NCBI GenBank assembly: GCA_047495785.1
Contig: JBLDXI010000004.1
Location: 1,426,001 to 1,490,000, forward strand
Length of the DNA: 64,000 nucleotides
Reading direction: 5' to 3'
Source: Lepidodermella squamata
Taxonomy: Eukaryota; Animalia; Gastrotricha
Below, piece by piece: positions 22,337-34,400 of this stretch. The position numbers and the translations under genes were made by a program. Position 1 is the stretch's first letter, and each line of letters begins with the position of its first letter. The notes under the pieces were generated by a model. It was not told the DNA's origin and did not search any database. It saw nothing but the letters and a program-made list of their open reading frames with translations.

Positions 22337-25300
22337 TTAGTTGAGTTCATCGCCAAAAGATCTGTCGCACGCTATTTGGTACGTCTCCAAGTTGCAGTGT
22401 GCCATGTAGCCGGTACCTCCCTTGCCGAAAATACCTGGAAAAATGGCAAAAAGGTTAAAATCTGAACATAAGAAAAGCAAGGGATCTCAGCTGGTTAGGT
22501 TGCGATTAATCGTCAGTAAGTGCACTTTAATCCACTAGAGCAAACTAGAGCTTCAACTATAGCAGGACTTGAAACATGTTGGAATAAACCGAGAAACCGA
22601 CAATGTTCCACTCACACTGTTGGTTTGACGTAGTCCAGGGGAAAGATTCACCCGATCGCCAGTCGTGCAGGTGTAGAGGGTCAGCTCGAGCTTTCGCGTT
22701 GAGAAAAATGTTGCCCGCAGCTGGGAACTGCGCGGCGAGGCTCAGCATGGACGCCGAGTCGGCGGCGATCGGCAGCATCTTCAAGGCATCTTTGCACAAC
22801 GTATCCGCCTGAGTCCACGACTTGGCTGTACCACTGCTTTGCAACGTCACTACGCCCTGAAACGACGCGATAGATTTACTTTATAAAATATAAAATACAC
22901 TTGGCCAACACTTACCGAACTCGCATCAGCGCAATAGATGTTTGTCAGTGTGAATGTATCGCAGTCAACGTCATCGTAGCCATAAGACGATGCCGAGTCG
23001 ATGCGCAAAGCCACACCTGAAACCCAACAAAGATAAAATCATCAGCTATAGAGAATTCGAGTTTGGCAAAACTTGACTGGACGAAATCAGCTAAGATTAG
23101 CTACAACTTACAATCGCCGTCTCTGTTTGGTTCGCCTGGGAACCAGCTAACCGGCTGCAGTCCCCAGTCGAGAACCTGGCCGTCATCGAATGTGAATGAC
23201 TTGCCCCACGAGAGCCAGAAAGGCTGACCGGCAGCTAGTTCATTCACCACACTTTCCGCCGGGCTAAATTGGTATGACAGAGAGACCGGCTGCGCTCCTT
23301 GGGCCTGGCACGCCCGAATCGCCGCGACATAAGGCATTGGTTCGCCGGATGTGATGAACAACCGCACTTGGTTGGCGAAAATAATCGTTAATTAACTGCT
23401 TCGTGCTTCTAAAATTACCAGTTCCACACGTCGGTCCCATGTAGGCGAAAGTGCATGTGCAGACATTGGTTTCGAAACACGAACCGCCATTTTGGCACGG
23501 CGGATTGCAGGTTGCTGAAACAGTTGAAGCCTACTTATTCAAAGCATGCCATGATTAATGTTTTCAGTAATATTTTTATCGATTATTAGAAAGGGATCTG
23601 GAAGGACAACACTAAAATGAAACCTTAGTCTAGTGCGTCAAGTCTAGTCAGAGAGTGAATTCGGGCAGCGGAACTAGAATTCGGGCAGGGATTTACTGGA
23701 GTAGTAAACAATCTTCTGGTCGTGACGGGGCGGCTCTAAATTCTAAATTCTAAAAATGGCTAAAAATGGGCTTTTTTGTGGTCACAACGATATCCTGGCC
23801 AAATCTTAAAAATTGACAAGGGACCGCTTTTAAACGCTCTTCGATAGAAGTCAACCCTAATATAAACGGAAGGCAACTGCTAAATCGCATTTTTCGTAGT
23901 TCATCAATGAAGAATAAAGTTATGGCAAAAAATTATGGCGCATAGGCATAGTGTATCAAGCAAGTACCTGAAGGACGCTCGCACAGAGCCTTCAACGAAG
24001 TCGTACAGCTAACAGCGCACAGCGAACCATCCGGGGCCATTGCACCGCCTGTAGGATGGAATAAAATCATAGCACAAAAGAAGCTTGAAAAAGTCCGTCG
24101 CTCACATGATTTCGTGTCGCTGAAGGCTTTCACTCCGCCGATTCCATCTGGCAACGCGTCATTACTGCCGTACGGCTCTTTGTTCAGCCACGCGTAGTAC
24201 GGCGCAGTTCGGTCGCGTTTGAACCCACCCCACACCGCAATGTTGGCCACGTATTTGAATTGCAACAGATTAACAACTCGCGTGTACTCCATAGCATGCT
24301 TAATAGTCAACATGACCAAGCCTTTCGCCTCGCAAAACGATTTCGCCTGGTCAAAGCTGTTGCTCTGCGCGAACAGCTTCATTTTACGCTGCAAAACAGA
24401 TCAAGACATGAAAAATCTTCTCCTCGGCCGAAATCTCAGTTGGAAATAACCGTAGCTGCATCCTGGCAGACGATGTGGCTGACTTGGTCACTGCACGGGC
24501 GAAATTGCCACGTAATTGGGGTTTGAATGGTCGGCGAGCCGGCTAAATAAGGACCTAAAACAAAACCAATGCGATTCACATCTCAGGTCTAGTAGTAATG
24601 CCGACTTACAATCGCCTGAGCCTTCTGGTACCTTCATCGCAGGGTCGGGAAACGCCGGCAGCCCACTCATTATCGAGCTGTCATCGGAGACGAGGCGAAA
24701 CTTGGCTGTGAGGCCGATGTAAACGGATTCGCCAGCTGCGATTGCCTTCCCATCCGCAACGTCATCGGCTGTCGTCGGTTGCGCAAGCCGCCCGCCGTTA
24801 GCAAAGCAGTTGTAAGCCGACCACGAGTAATCAGCCGCGCTCGATACGAAATACTGCTTGACGGCTTCGCAAGCAGTTTTCGTCGCGAAGATCGTTTGGC
24901 CGGGTGTCTGTTATACAAAATTGGATTTTTATTATTCAACTGGGAAATAAGAACTCACATCAGTCCCGTCGCATGACAACTGAGCAGGCTTGCACCCGGA
25001 GAATGTGGACCTATTCAGACCATAACAGCGCCGATGGGGAAAATAGGATTTCGGGGCTGTAGAAATCCTGGATAGACTCAAATTTTAAAAATATTATAAA
25101 GTTCTCAACCAACCAGATTCGCATTCGCCAAGGTTGGCAAATGTGACGCCAGTCGAAAATTGACTTGTGCTACCAACCGGACAGGTTTGAGTTCCGTCAG
25201 TGGGGATGCATTTGACGAGAGTATAATGCAGTGAATTTAGGCAAAATTGATGCGGTTTCTGATGAAAAATGCGTTGCAACGGTAAAAATTGATATCAATA

Positions 25301-27165
25301 GCGTGGTTGAATAACCCGGAATTAGGCTTGTTTTACATCAGTTTCAATGTGGAAGGTGGCAAGTCATTGGTTTCGCCTCTTAATTCACGTAAAAACACCG
25401 CTTTTTACTTGTCATTTGTCACCTTGAAAGTGACGTAAACAAGTCTAAATCCGAGTTATTCAAAGACGCTAACGATATATCATCATGGTACCTTATTTGT
25501 GGCGAGATAGCTCAAGCATTGAGCGTGATTCGTCTCAAAAATGTTCGCGTTGTTGAAAGTCGCCAGCTGAAAAACGAGTAAAGAAAATCGAAAAGGGAAT
25601 TAATAGAACTCACTAGGCTCATAGGCGATCGGCAAATGCTGCGGCAAACGAAGGTCGATTCCGATTTGCATAGGGCAGCAGGCTTCAAAATGAAAAAAAA
25701 ACAGACAGAAAATGTTATATAATACAAAATAATACATAATAATAATAATACGAAAGACAGGAAGGGTATATATAATATGGGTTTATAATCGCCTGAGAGA
25801 TTATTTTTCGGCCTGAGGCGCAGCCGAAGCACCCCGAGCTCTGAAGGCGATTTCAAACCCGTATAACCTGAATGTCTTTCGTATATGTGTGTTATCCGGG
25901 TCGAATGGTAACGTTTTCAGGGTTACTAGTATTTTTATGGTTATGGTACACTTTCGCTGAATTTCTATTGGTTTAATTTGAAATTTCAAAATCCAACTTA
26001 AAAATATCAAGCAAAGTATTTCTTGCTCACTTTCTCATTTTACGAGTTTAGGGTTCGTTTTTCATATCGAATTTCCTGTTGTTTTTGCATGCTCAAAAAA
26101 TTGCTGGGGCTGGTGCTCGTGTCTAAATGCTGTTCGATTGGGGTGAATGCTGCTCGATTCGACACCTGGCGTGTGCAATTTCTCCCGAAATTCTGCCTAA
26201 TTTTTCGTGATTCTTCACACTGGCTCCTGGGTTTTTAAAAAAGGTGCACTCAGGATTCATCGCTCACTTTTTCGACTCCGGGCACCTCGCTGATCATTTC
26301 TAGCTATACTAAAAATTCCAATTCATCCCGGTTATCACGCAATCGTCAAATTTTGGCATACGCACATGTGGGTATATCGCGTGGAGGAGTGTGAATGGGA
26401 TTTCTAACCCTGAGGATTTTTTAGTTGTTAGATTTGTTAGATAATTCCCCCAAGTAAGGAAATTATCGATTTTGACAAATCGATACCGAATCTTCCGAAG
26501 CTGATGCTGTGATTTTGACTTCGGAATCGTACTCTGCGGCATTGGTTTGACTTATTTATGAAGATTCAGATCTCCTGGCCCTTATAGCTAGAAACTTCAC
26601 GTCCGATACACACACATGAGCGAATAATGATCACAATATCGTTAGCTCATACGCACCTGTGCGTATTCAGTTGCCAATGTGTTAATAAAATGGTTTTGGA
26701 GTGAAATTTTTTAGTTTTCTCATGTGTGTTTGACGAGTGATACTTTTTGGACAAGCTGGGATTTTTTATATATAAATTTCAAAAAATCCCAGCTTGGAAG
26801 AAGGTTTTATGCGTTACAGCTCGGCGAAGCTAATCGGCAGCCACCGAACGAGTGGTTCGATTTCGAAAAACATCGAACATGAGTTGAGAATTCCGAACTC
26901 CTAACGGCTGAAAAAAACAAAACAGGAATTTTTAGCGAATACACCTTTTCCATTTGCATTTTGCCGCTCTATTTTTAGCATGAACTTGTTCACGTGAAAA
27001 GCTGTCGGGGGTTGAGTCAATTTTTACCTGAGTTTCTTCGAATAGAGAGCATTCGCCTTTGCAATCTATGAAGTTGTCGTTCCACCGCGATATGCATCGC
27101 TTGTAGCAGTCACCGCCGCCACAAGAGAAGACTAGGATTAAACAGGCTGTTAATAGTGAATTCAT
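22337..27165 (-). CDS. Paralog B3: B-type signal and Cys repeats fused to CTL-CTL-EGF-CTL-CTL (5' half looks damaged)
   Basis: Exon 1 and exons 7, 9-13 are homologous to B1. Exon 13 runs on into a C-type lectin domain (CFANGGRLA..VYIGL). Further CTLs at 24388-23968, 23376-22915 (WFPGEPN) and 22858-22337. EGF exon ~23419-23516 (CNPPCQNGGSCFETNVCTCTFAYMGPTC). Exons 2-6 and 8 are missing and exon 7 is truncated by a stop. Confidence 0.72.
25299..25472. mobile_element. Palindromic MITE in B3 intron
   Basis: Long imperfect inverted repeat TAGCGT..TTGAATAAC..GGA..TTAG..CTTGTTT and its mirror at the other end. Confidence 0.6.
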
Positions 27166-28244
27166 CTATTAAAATGCGAGAAAAAAAGCAAATGATTTTA
27201 TTGTAAACATGATTTTCTAGCTTTGTTATTCGTTAATTATTGTCCACCGTGACGTTTCGGATTCGCGCGTGCAAACTAAAAAATAAACCGATGATGTCGT
27301 GCTCTACTCTAGAGATTGTCCCGCTGACTTCATCTTTTTGTCAAATAAATTCAAGTTCAACGTGGCGCAGACAATTTCATTTTCGGGTTAAAAAGCGAAC
27401 TTGAATGGACCAATAGACAATGGACTTTTTTCCAATGAATTCAAATATTTCAAAGAGATGTTTCAAATCCTCCGAGCGAATCCATTTTTAATCATTGATT
27501 GCTTCGAGGGTTCGTGAATATCGCTCAGTTGTTCACTCGGGTTTCATTTCGAATATCGACTGTTCACAAAATAGCAACTGCCTGTGCAATCGAGCTATTG
27601 AGAAAAATATGACGATTAACAGCCGAATGATTCAATATGTGGCTTGAAAGCAGCAACCAGCCACCAGCTTGATGAAGCCTCGATTACACGTGCTCAGTTG
27701 AACAGAATCACCAGATATATATCGTGTCTTCTTAGAATTAACATGAGACATTTTCTCCCAAAAGTGCATCTGATCAACTGATTTTTCGACGGTTTGACAT
27801 GTACTTCAGCGTTTGGATTAGATTTCCAGCTTCAAAATAATTTCCCAAGACTTGGCTGAGTTGGATGGTTATTTTCCATCTATTCATAATATTTTTTCCC
27901 CGCACTTGTTTCATATTATAACAGAATGACAGCCCGTTTGATTGTAATTCAGGTTCAAGACTAGCAACTAGCAAATCGCAAATCCCGCGTTATGAGCCAA
28001 ATCTGGAAATTGTTATCAGTGAAGGAACGAAACAAAAACAGAAAAACTACTTGACTTGAAATGAGATTACATTGTTGAGCATTTCAACAATGTTGACGTA
28101 TTTATGAATGCGTAGTATTTTTGGAATCGCGTGCGCTAAATAAATTGTGAATGAGAAATCGCGTTGAGCTTTTCTTCAAAGCCAAGGTGCAAAATACGAT
28201 GACGACCATCAGCATCTTTTTCAGAGTTCTCTATCTATCAATTT

Positions 28245-28775
28245 ATCTCTTAATTGAAAAACAACGACTTAATTACCTAGGACATATAATAAGGATGGAA
28301 ACGTATGTCGATGATAAAGGTGACCCGATACCCCCGGGGCCAGTATACGACCTTTACAGGTGGGTAGCGCCTAAGGAATGGCAGAGACCGGTGGGGAGAC
28401 CTCGAACTAGGTGGCTAGATTCGGTAGAAAGAAGTCTGAGAAGAGTGGGTCTTACAACCGAAAATATAATAAGGAAAAAAACTGACGGGTCCCGTGGCAG
28501 ACCTCGTAAAGATGGTAGCAATATAACCGAAATTATCGAAATAACTGTTGACTGGACATTGACCGAAACAACTGCACTAGATCGAGACGAATGGCGTAAA
28601 ATTGTTGAGACTTTGGAAAATTTTGAATTTTACAACAAAAGCAAGATACTTTCGGACGTGGGGGCAGGTGACTGATTCGTTTGGTTTGGTTTGCCTTCGC
28701 CTTCCTCAAAACCCGAAAGGGTATAGACACTCAGTCGCGGGGAAGAGAAACAAATAAATCATTTTCATTTTCATC
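28245..28775 (+). mobile_element. 5'-truncated RTE-like LINE 3' fragment
   Basis: RLNYLGHIIRM..RPVGRPRTRWLD..DRDEWRKIV matches the C-terminus of the 59.8-63.1 kb ORF2; 3' UTR, AATAAA and (TCATTT)n tail. Confidence 0.8.
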
Positions 28776-29021
28776 TCGGTGCAGGTCATGGACGATTCCA
28801 GCGTTGCTTCTCGCTATATAACGGCAATTTCACGCGATGCGCTGCGGTTAGCGAGATGGCTGCGACCCTTTAACAGAATCTACGGTAATAATGGCCGAAA
28901 GCAGTTATAATTTTCAATTTAATAACAGAAAATTTTTAAAGGGCGGAAATTACACAGCGCTCGACCTGCCGAAGAAGGGTTCGGCGATAATTAGTATATT
29001 AACCTCAAATTTTTAACAATT

Positions 29022-29340
29022 TTGTTGGGGCCCGAGTCCGAATTCGGCCCGTACGCCTTCGGGCCGGCCCGTATGCGGTCGGGTAACAGAACTTTGCCAC
29101 TCCGCGCTCAGGCCGGTCTGAAATGTGCCCGTTTACAGCATTTACTGCAAATTTAACGAATTTTAGCGAATCACGCTTCACCGCACACGGGCCGGCCATG
29201 GTGTTGGCCCGAGCACGGCGGAGAACAATGGGAACCAGCGCTATTGTTAGGCATTCGCGCGCGCCGCACCCGGGCCGCCGGGTTCGGGTCGGGACTCGAT
29301 ACAGTTATTGGGTCGGGCGTTGGTTGTAGGGTGGCCCAAG
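29022..29340. mobile_element. Partial copy of the TGTTG-ended element at 43095-43809
   Basis: Shares TGTTGG.GCCCGAG.CCGA.TTCGG and GAATCACGCTTCACCGCACACGGGCCGGCC. Confidence 0.6.
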
Positions 29341-29454
29341 CCTGGCTAATTAGCTCCTCGAATTAAAGCCCTGAAAATTCACAGGAAAGCCAGGTCCAGA
29401 TGTTAAAATAATTGCCCGACTCGAATCAAAGCCAAGTGATGAAAATAAGGTTGA

Positions 29455-29571
29455 AGCTTGGGAACTGCTGAACTGCAAGACTCAGCGAACCCAGTCGAGC
29501 TCTTTAACCTAAGCCACGTCGCTTGATGCCAGCAAGAGGGCTAGCAGCGGAGAGTAGAGATACAAAGCCAT
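29455..29571 (-). pseudogene. Paralog A2: exon-1 remnant
   Basis: MALYLYSPLLALLLASSDVA*VKELDWVR*VLQFSS aligns to A-family exon 1 (WVRCFSQFSN) with two stops. Confidence 0.7.
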
Positions 29572-29714
29572 GTGATCAGAGGAACCACTTCGGAAAAAAA
29601 ATCAGCTAAAATATGAGGCTATAAATTCTGTAAAAATTGTAAAGAATGAAATTTGTGCGTAGTTTTTGTAATCAGGTCAGTGTTTATCCTTTTTGGAGAG
29701 AAGCAGTGTTAAAA

Positions 29715-30310
29715 CAACTGCGCAGTAGCTTTTTCGCGTGTCGAAGAGTTCAACGTCGGAGTTTTATTATGTCAATGTATCGGGTTTAATTGTAATGCTT
29801 TTTTACAAGCAGTTTGAACCATCATGATGAATTATAACCAAGCACGTTCATGGTCAAAAAATAAAATCGAGCTGGTTGAATTTTCCTGTTAATACTACTG
29901 CGCAGTAACTTGTTCGCGTGTCGAAACGTCCAATTTCGGGTCGTTGTCTGGGGAATGGCGCCACTAGTTGATGCGAGAAATTAATCACGATCTCGCACAG
30001 GGTGTCGTGGTTTTTTTCAGGTCAGGGTTGTTCCTTTTTTGGCGAGACGCCCTGTGTCGGAGTTTTATTATGTCATTGATCTCAGTTTATCGCGGCGTTA
30101 GAGCACGTTCGTGGTCAAAAAAATAAAACCGAGACGCCTTGGTGACGTTTCGAAGAGTTAAATGTCGGGTCGTTGTCGGAGTTTTATTATGTCAAGTAAT
30201 GAGTTTAATTTGAACGATTTTGAACACATACAAGTACTTTTTGAACCAAAATGATGAATTATCACCAAGCACGTGCACGATCAAATAATATAACCGAGAT
30301 GGTTGAAATT
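29715..30310. repeat. Three imperfect tandem units between head-to-head A2 and A3
   Basis: GTCGGAGTTTTATTATGTCA and AGCACGT..G.TCAAA..ATA.AA.CGAG each occur three times. Confidence 0.7.
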
Positions 30311-30538
30311 TTTTTCTAGCGCCGTTTAACATAAAATAAATCCCCGACACTACGACATTAACTGATAATTATTTCGACGTAGTGATTGTGCGATTTTCAA
30401 ACGTCTATTATTATCACTAAGGAGTTGGTGGCGTTGTTCGTCATTCGCTAAAATTTCCTCCTAATTGAAAAGTGTATTTCCAGCTTTTTCGATTCGCCAA
30501 ATTTTTAGTTGATTTTTTGTTAAAGCTTGTCATATCAA

Positions 30539-31403
30539 ATGTTTGCCAAATTCAATCATCTGCTTTCGCTGCTGGTTATGCTGGTGTCTAGCGAGGTGGC
30601 TGCTGTTGGTAACAGGCCGTTGAACTGGGTTCGGTGCTTCTCGCAGTTCAGCAACCGATTCACCAATTGCGTGCCAGCTGCCGATGGCTGTGATCCACTC
30701 AATGAATACCAGGTTTGTTTCGTTTATAATCTGGTAATTTTGATGTTTTCCATTGATAGATGGGCCCGATTTTCGGAAAACCAGCCGCTTGTAGCCGCGG
30801 GGTGGGTTTATTGTCGCAATTTATTTTCGATTGTAAAACAAACTATGGTTATAGCATGGCCGAATGTGCTACAAATACGAGGCGCTGACCCCATTTTGCG
30901 TGCCTGGAAACATCGGCTGTAACAAGCAGGGTGAAATGACGGTAGGTCCGTTTCCATCCAAATTACAAAATTTATCTCTGATCCAATTTTTCAGTTGTTC
31001 TGGTTCGGAAATCCGAATCCACTGTTGAACCTGAGAGTCAACCTGAACGAATGCGAGAAGAAACGAGCTGTGTTCAACGTGAGAATTCTGAAACTTCGAA
31101 GTTATGCTCTATGTTTAATTTCTATTTTTTTGTAGAATTTGCAATTCACGCGTTGCACTTCAAACAACGTCATCAAAACTTGTGTGCCCTATCCTTACTC
31201 TTGCCCGAACAACTTGGTGAGTGAAATCTAGTTCATTTTCCACGCGGTGATGACATTTTGATTTCTCGCTTTCAGGTCACTGAATCAACTTTGTATTCCA
31301 ATCTCGCGTCTTGCATCAATGGATCTGGTGAGTTGAATTGAGCAAAGAATTGCTGCTATGTCTCAGTGTTATTGCAGTCGCTGTACCGGATAGCGAGAAG
31401 CCT
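30539..31403 (+). pseudogene. Paralog A3, 5' part (exons 1-7), broken by a LINE in exon 7
   Basis: Exons match A1 (WVRCFSQFSNRFTNCVPAADGCDPLNEYQ etc.). Exon 7 stops after VAVPDSEKP, where the LINE 3' tail begins. Confidence 0.8.
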
Positions 31404-34400
31404 CTAAATTTTTCTAAATTCAAATATTTATTGTTCATTGAGATCACATAAACAGGGGAGACAAAATAAGTAAAGATATCAATGACGCGGGGTCGCGAGA
31501 TTATATGCGCTTGCCGGCGGCAGTGCGCTGTGGACACAAGTGGGCGGGGTGATGGATGATTTATCGAAAGCAGACAGGCACGTAAACACAGCGAGGGAGA
31601 ATGGGAGGAAGAAGAAGGGAAGAGAGAAGAGAAAGCAAAGGATAGAGGGAGAGGAAGAGGCGGCAAGATCAGACATCGAAAGTGGGCAAAGGACCCCGAG
31701 GAAGCCTGCTGGCGATCAAGGCCAGCGGGGAACGGGGCACCGGGTTCGCGGAGAGGCGGAGTCGCTCAACTTCTTCTCTAAGAGGGAGGACGAACCGGAC
31801 TGCATTCGCAGCATAACGGCGCTGGGTCTGTTCGAAAAAGGCAGGCAGGCTCTTCACGCCACAGCGGCGTTCCAGCTCCGAGACACGGACCCGGTCATCG
31901 CGGCGGATGTTTAGCAGGCTGCGCAGACAGTCGTTCTGCAACACATCAAGCCGCTTCAGCTGCCTCTTGGGCGCGGTACAAAACACGACGTTGCCGTAAG
32001 TGGCGGCGGAGCGGACAAGGCTGAGGTAGGCGGTGCGACGCCAGCGGCGAGAGAGGCCAGGGGTGCAGGCAATACGGCGAAAGTGGGACAGGTTCCGGGT
32101 GCAGCGGTTGATGACCTGGTCGACGTGCGACTTCCAAGTCAGCTTGGCGTCAAGGTGCACGCCGAGGACACGAATCACGGCAACTTGAGGAATCATCGAG
32201 CCGTCGAGGTGCAGACGGGTCTGGTACGAGCGCCAGGCAAACGGCATTGCTTCGCTTTTCGACGCATTAAACTTCTGGCGCCACTCGCGGGCCCACTGCG
32301 AGATGCGATCGATCTCTGCCTGGATGCAGCGTTCGGCCTCCTCGCACCCTCGCCGACGACTGTGAGATCGTCAGCATAGGCGTCTAGGGAACAGCCGGGG
32401 GCAGTCGGCGCAGTTAGAAGGTCAGCAGTGTACACGATGTACAGCAGGGGCGACAGGGGCGACCCTTGCGGGACTCCGCAGTTCACAGTCCGCTGCTGGC
32501 TGAGGAAGCCGGCGACGCGCGCTTGAAGCTTCCGGTCGCCAGGCGGCCAGGCGGCCAGGCGGCCAGGTTTCGAGGTAGAGGCAGTTCGGCGAGTTTGAAG
32601 GCAAGGCCGGCACTCCACACGGAATCGTACGCCGCCTGCACGTCAAGGCCGACGACGATGACCTTACGGTTACGCGACCGGCCGAGGTGGACGCGGTGCG
32701 CGATTCGCAGCGGTACGTCCGGAGCGGATCGGTGAGCACGGAACGCGTACTGGTTGTCAGGTAGCAGGCTGAGATCCTCCAGGAACCCACCCAACCAGCG
32801 CGCGATGATCGATTCGAGTAGCTTGCCGTCAACTGGGAGCAGCGAGATCGGCCGCTGAGACGAGACGGCGCCATGCGGTTTACCGGCTTTAGGCACAGGG
32901 ATGACGGCAGCCTCCTTCCATTCCGGCAGAACGCATCGGGAGCCGAGGCTGAGGTTAAACAGATGGCGAAGGTGGCGCTGAAGCGGCGGCCCGCCCCATT
33001 TGTAGAATATAGGACTGATGCCGTCCAGCCCAGGCGCCTTAAACGGCTTGAGGCGCCCGACTGCATCAGCCACCATGCGCTGGCTACCAGGCCGGGTAGC
33101 TGCAGGGTATCGGTAAGCTGAAGATCAGGATCGGTGGAAACGAATCGCTCTATATCGGCCCAACGTTGTCTGGTCGCAGCATCGGCAGCCGGGTCTTCAT
33201 ACGGCGTCATCGGCTTGACGAACTGACTCAGGAGAGCATCTGCGAGCTCAGGCGATGGCGCTAAGACGCGGCCGTCATCCATGGGCCCAGCCGAACGCAG
33301 CGGCCTGTGTCGGTCGAGACGGCGGAGGCGCTCCCACGCCTCTCGGTAACGGTGCTGGGCAGATAGCGCTTCCACCATTCGAAGATTGGCGATGTCGCGA
33401 CGGAGAAGATGAGCGTGCTGCGCAGCGCGGAACCGGGCGTCGAGATCTTTGAGCCGGGCGCATAGCTCGCGGTCGACGTGGTTGCCCAGAGCACGTTCCA
33501 GAACCCGCTTCTCCTGAAGAAGCCTGCGCATCTCCAGGCTCATGGCGATGCGTCGCAGCTGCCCCGGCGCACAGACGGGCACGTGAAGGTCGCGGGACTC
33601 GGCGATAGCGCTGGTTACTTCTCGGCGATAGGCGGCAAGTCGTGGGAAGGGGTCCCCGGGAGCTGGCATCTGAATGGCAAGGAGCTTAGCAGTCAAGGTT
33701 CGGGAAAAACCGAGACGATCGGCGCGCGAGACGTCGTACCGCGGAAACGGATCCGGAGCGGGAGGGTCGACTGCAGGCAGCCGCCGGCCAACTGGGAAGG
33801 CGACAGCGACTGAGGTCACGAAATGGTCACTGGTATATCGATCGCCAACGTGAGCGCCGCCGCGCAGAAGGCGCATGGCAGCGTCGTTAAGCACCCATAC
33901 ATCGAGCGTGGATAGCGAACCGGAAGGGATGCAGATGAGTCGGCTTCGGAGACGGAAGGACGGTAAGACCGAGCCGAGTCGCGGCGTGGTGGAGGGAGAA
34001 GCCGTTGGCGTTCCAGAGGTCGCCCTTCCCCCACAGTAGTGATTTCGCGTTCAGGTCGCCGCCAAAGAAACACGGGACAGCCAGACGAGCAGCTTCAGCG
34101 AACTCCTCCTCAAACCAGCGCAGGTCGAGACAGTAGCCGGTAAACACACGTACTGCTTCACAACGGCGACCAGGCAGCAGGTCGAGGCGTATCCATTCGC
34201 TTCTCTTCGCCCCAGTCAAGGCCAGCTTCCGCTCGGAGACGACAACCGCCCCTTCGCGAACCAGGATCGCCATGCGCGTCACCTAGCAAGGCTTCTGCAG
34301 AGTCCTGTGCCCTATCACAACGAAAGATCGCGTACCCGTCGAGGGAGACAGAGGTAAGAGAATAGAAGAAAGACTCGTTAATCAAAAAAGCAACCGGATT

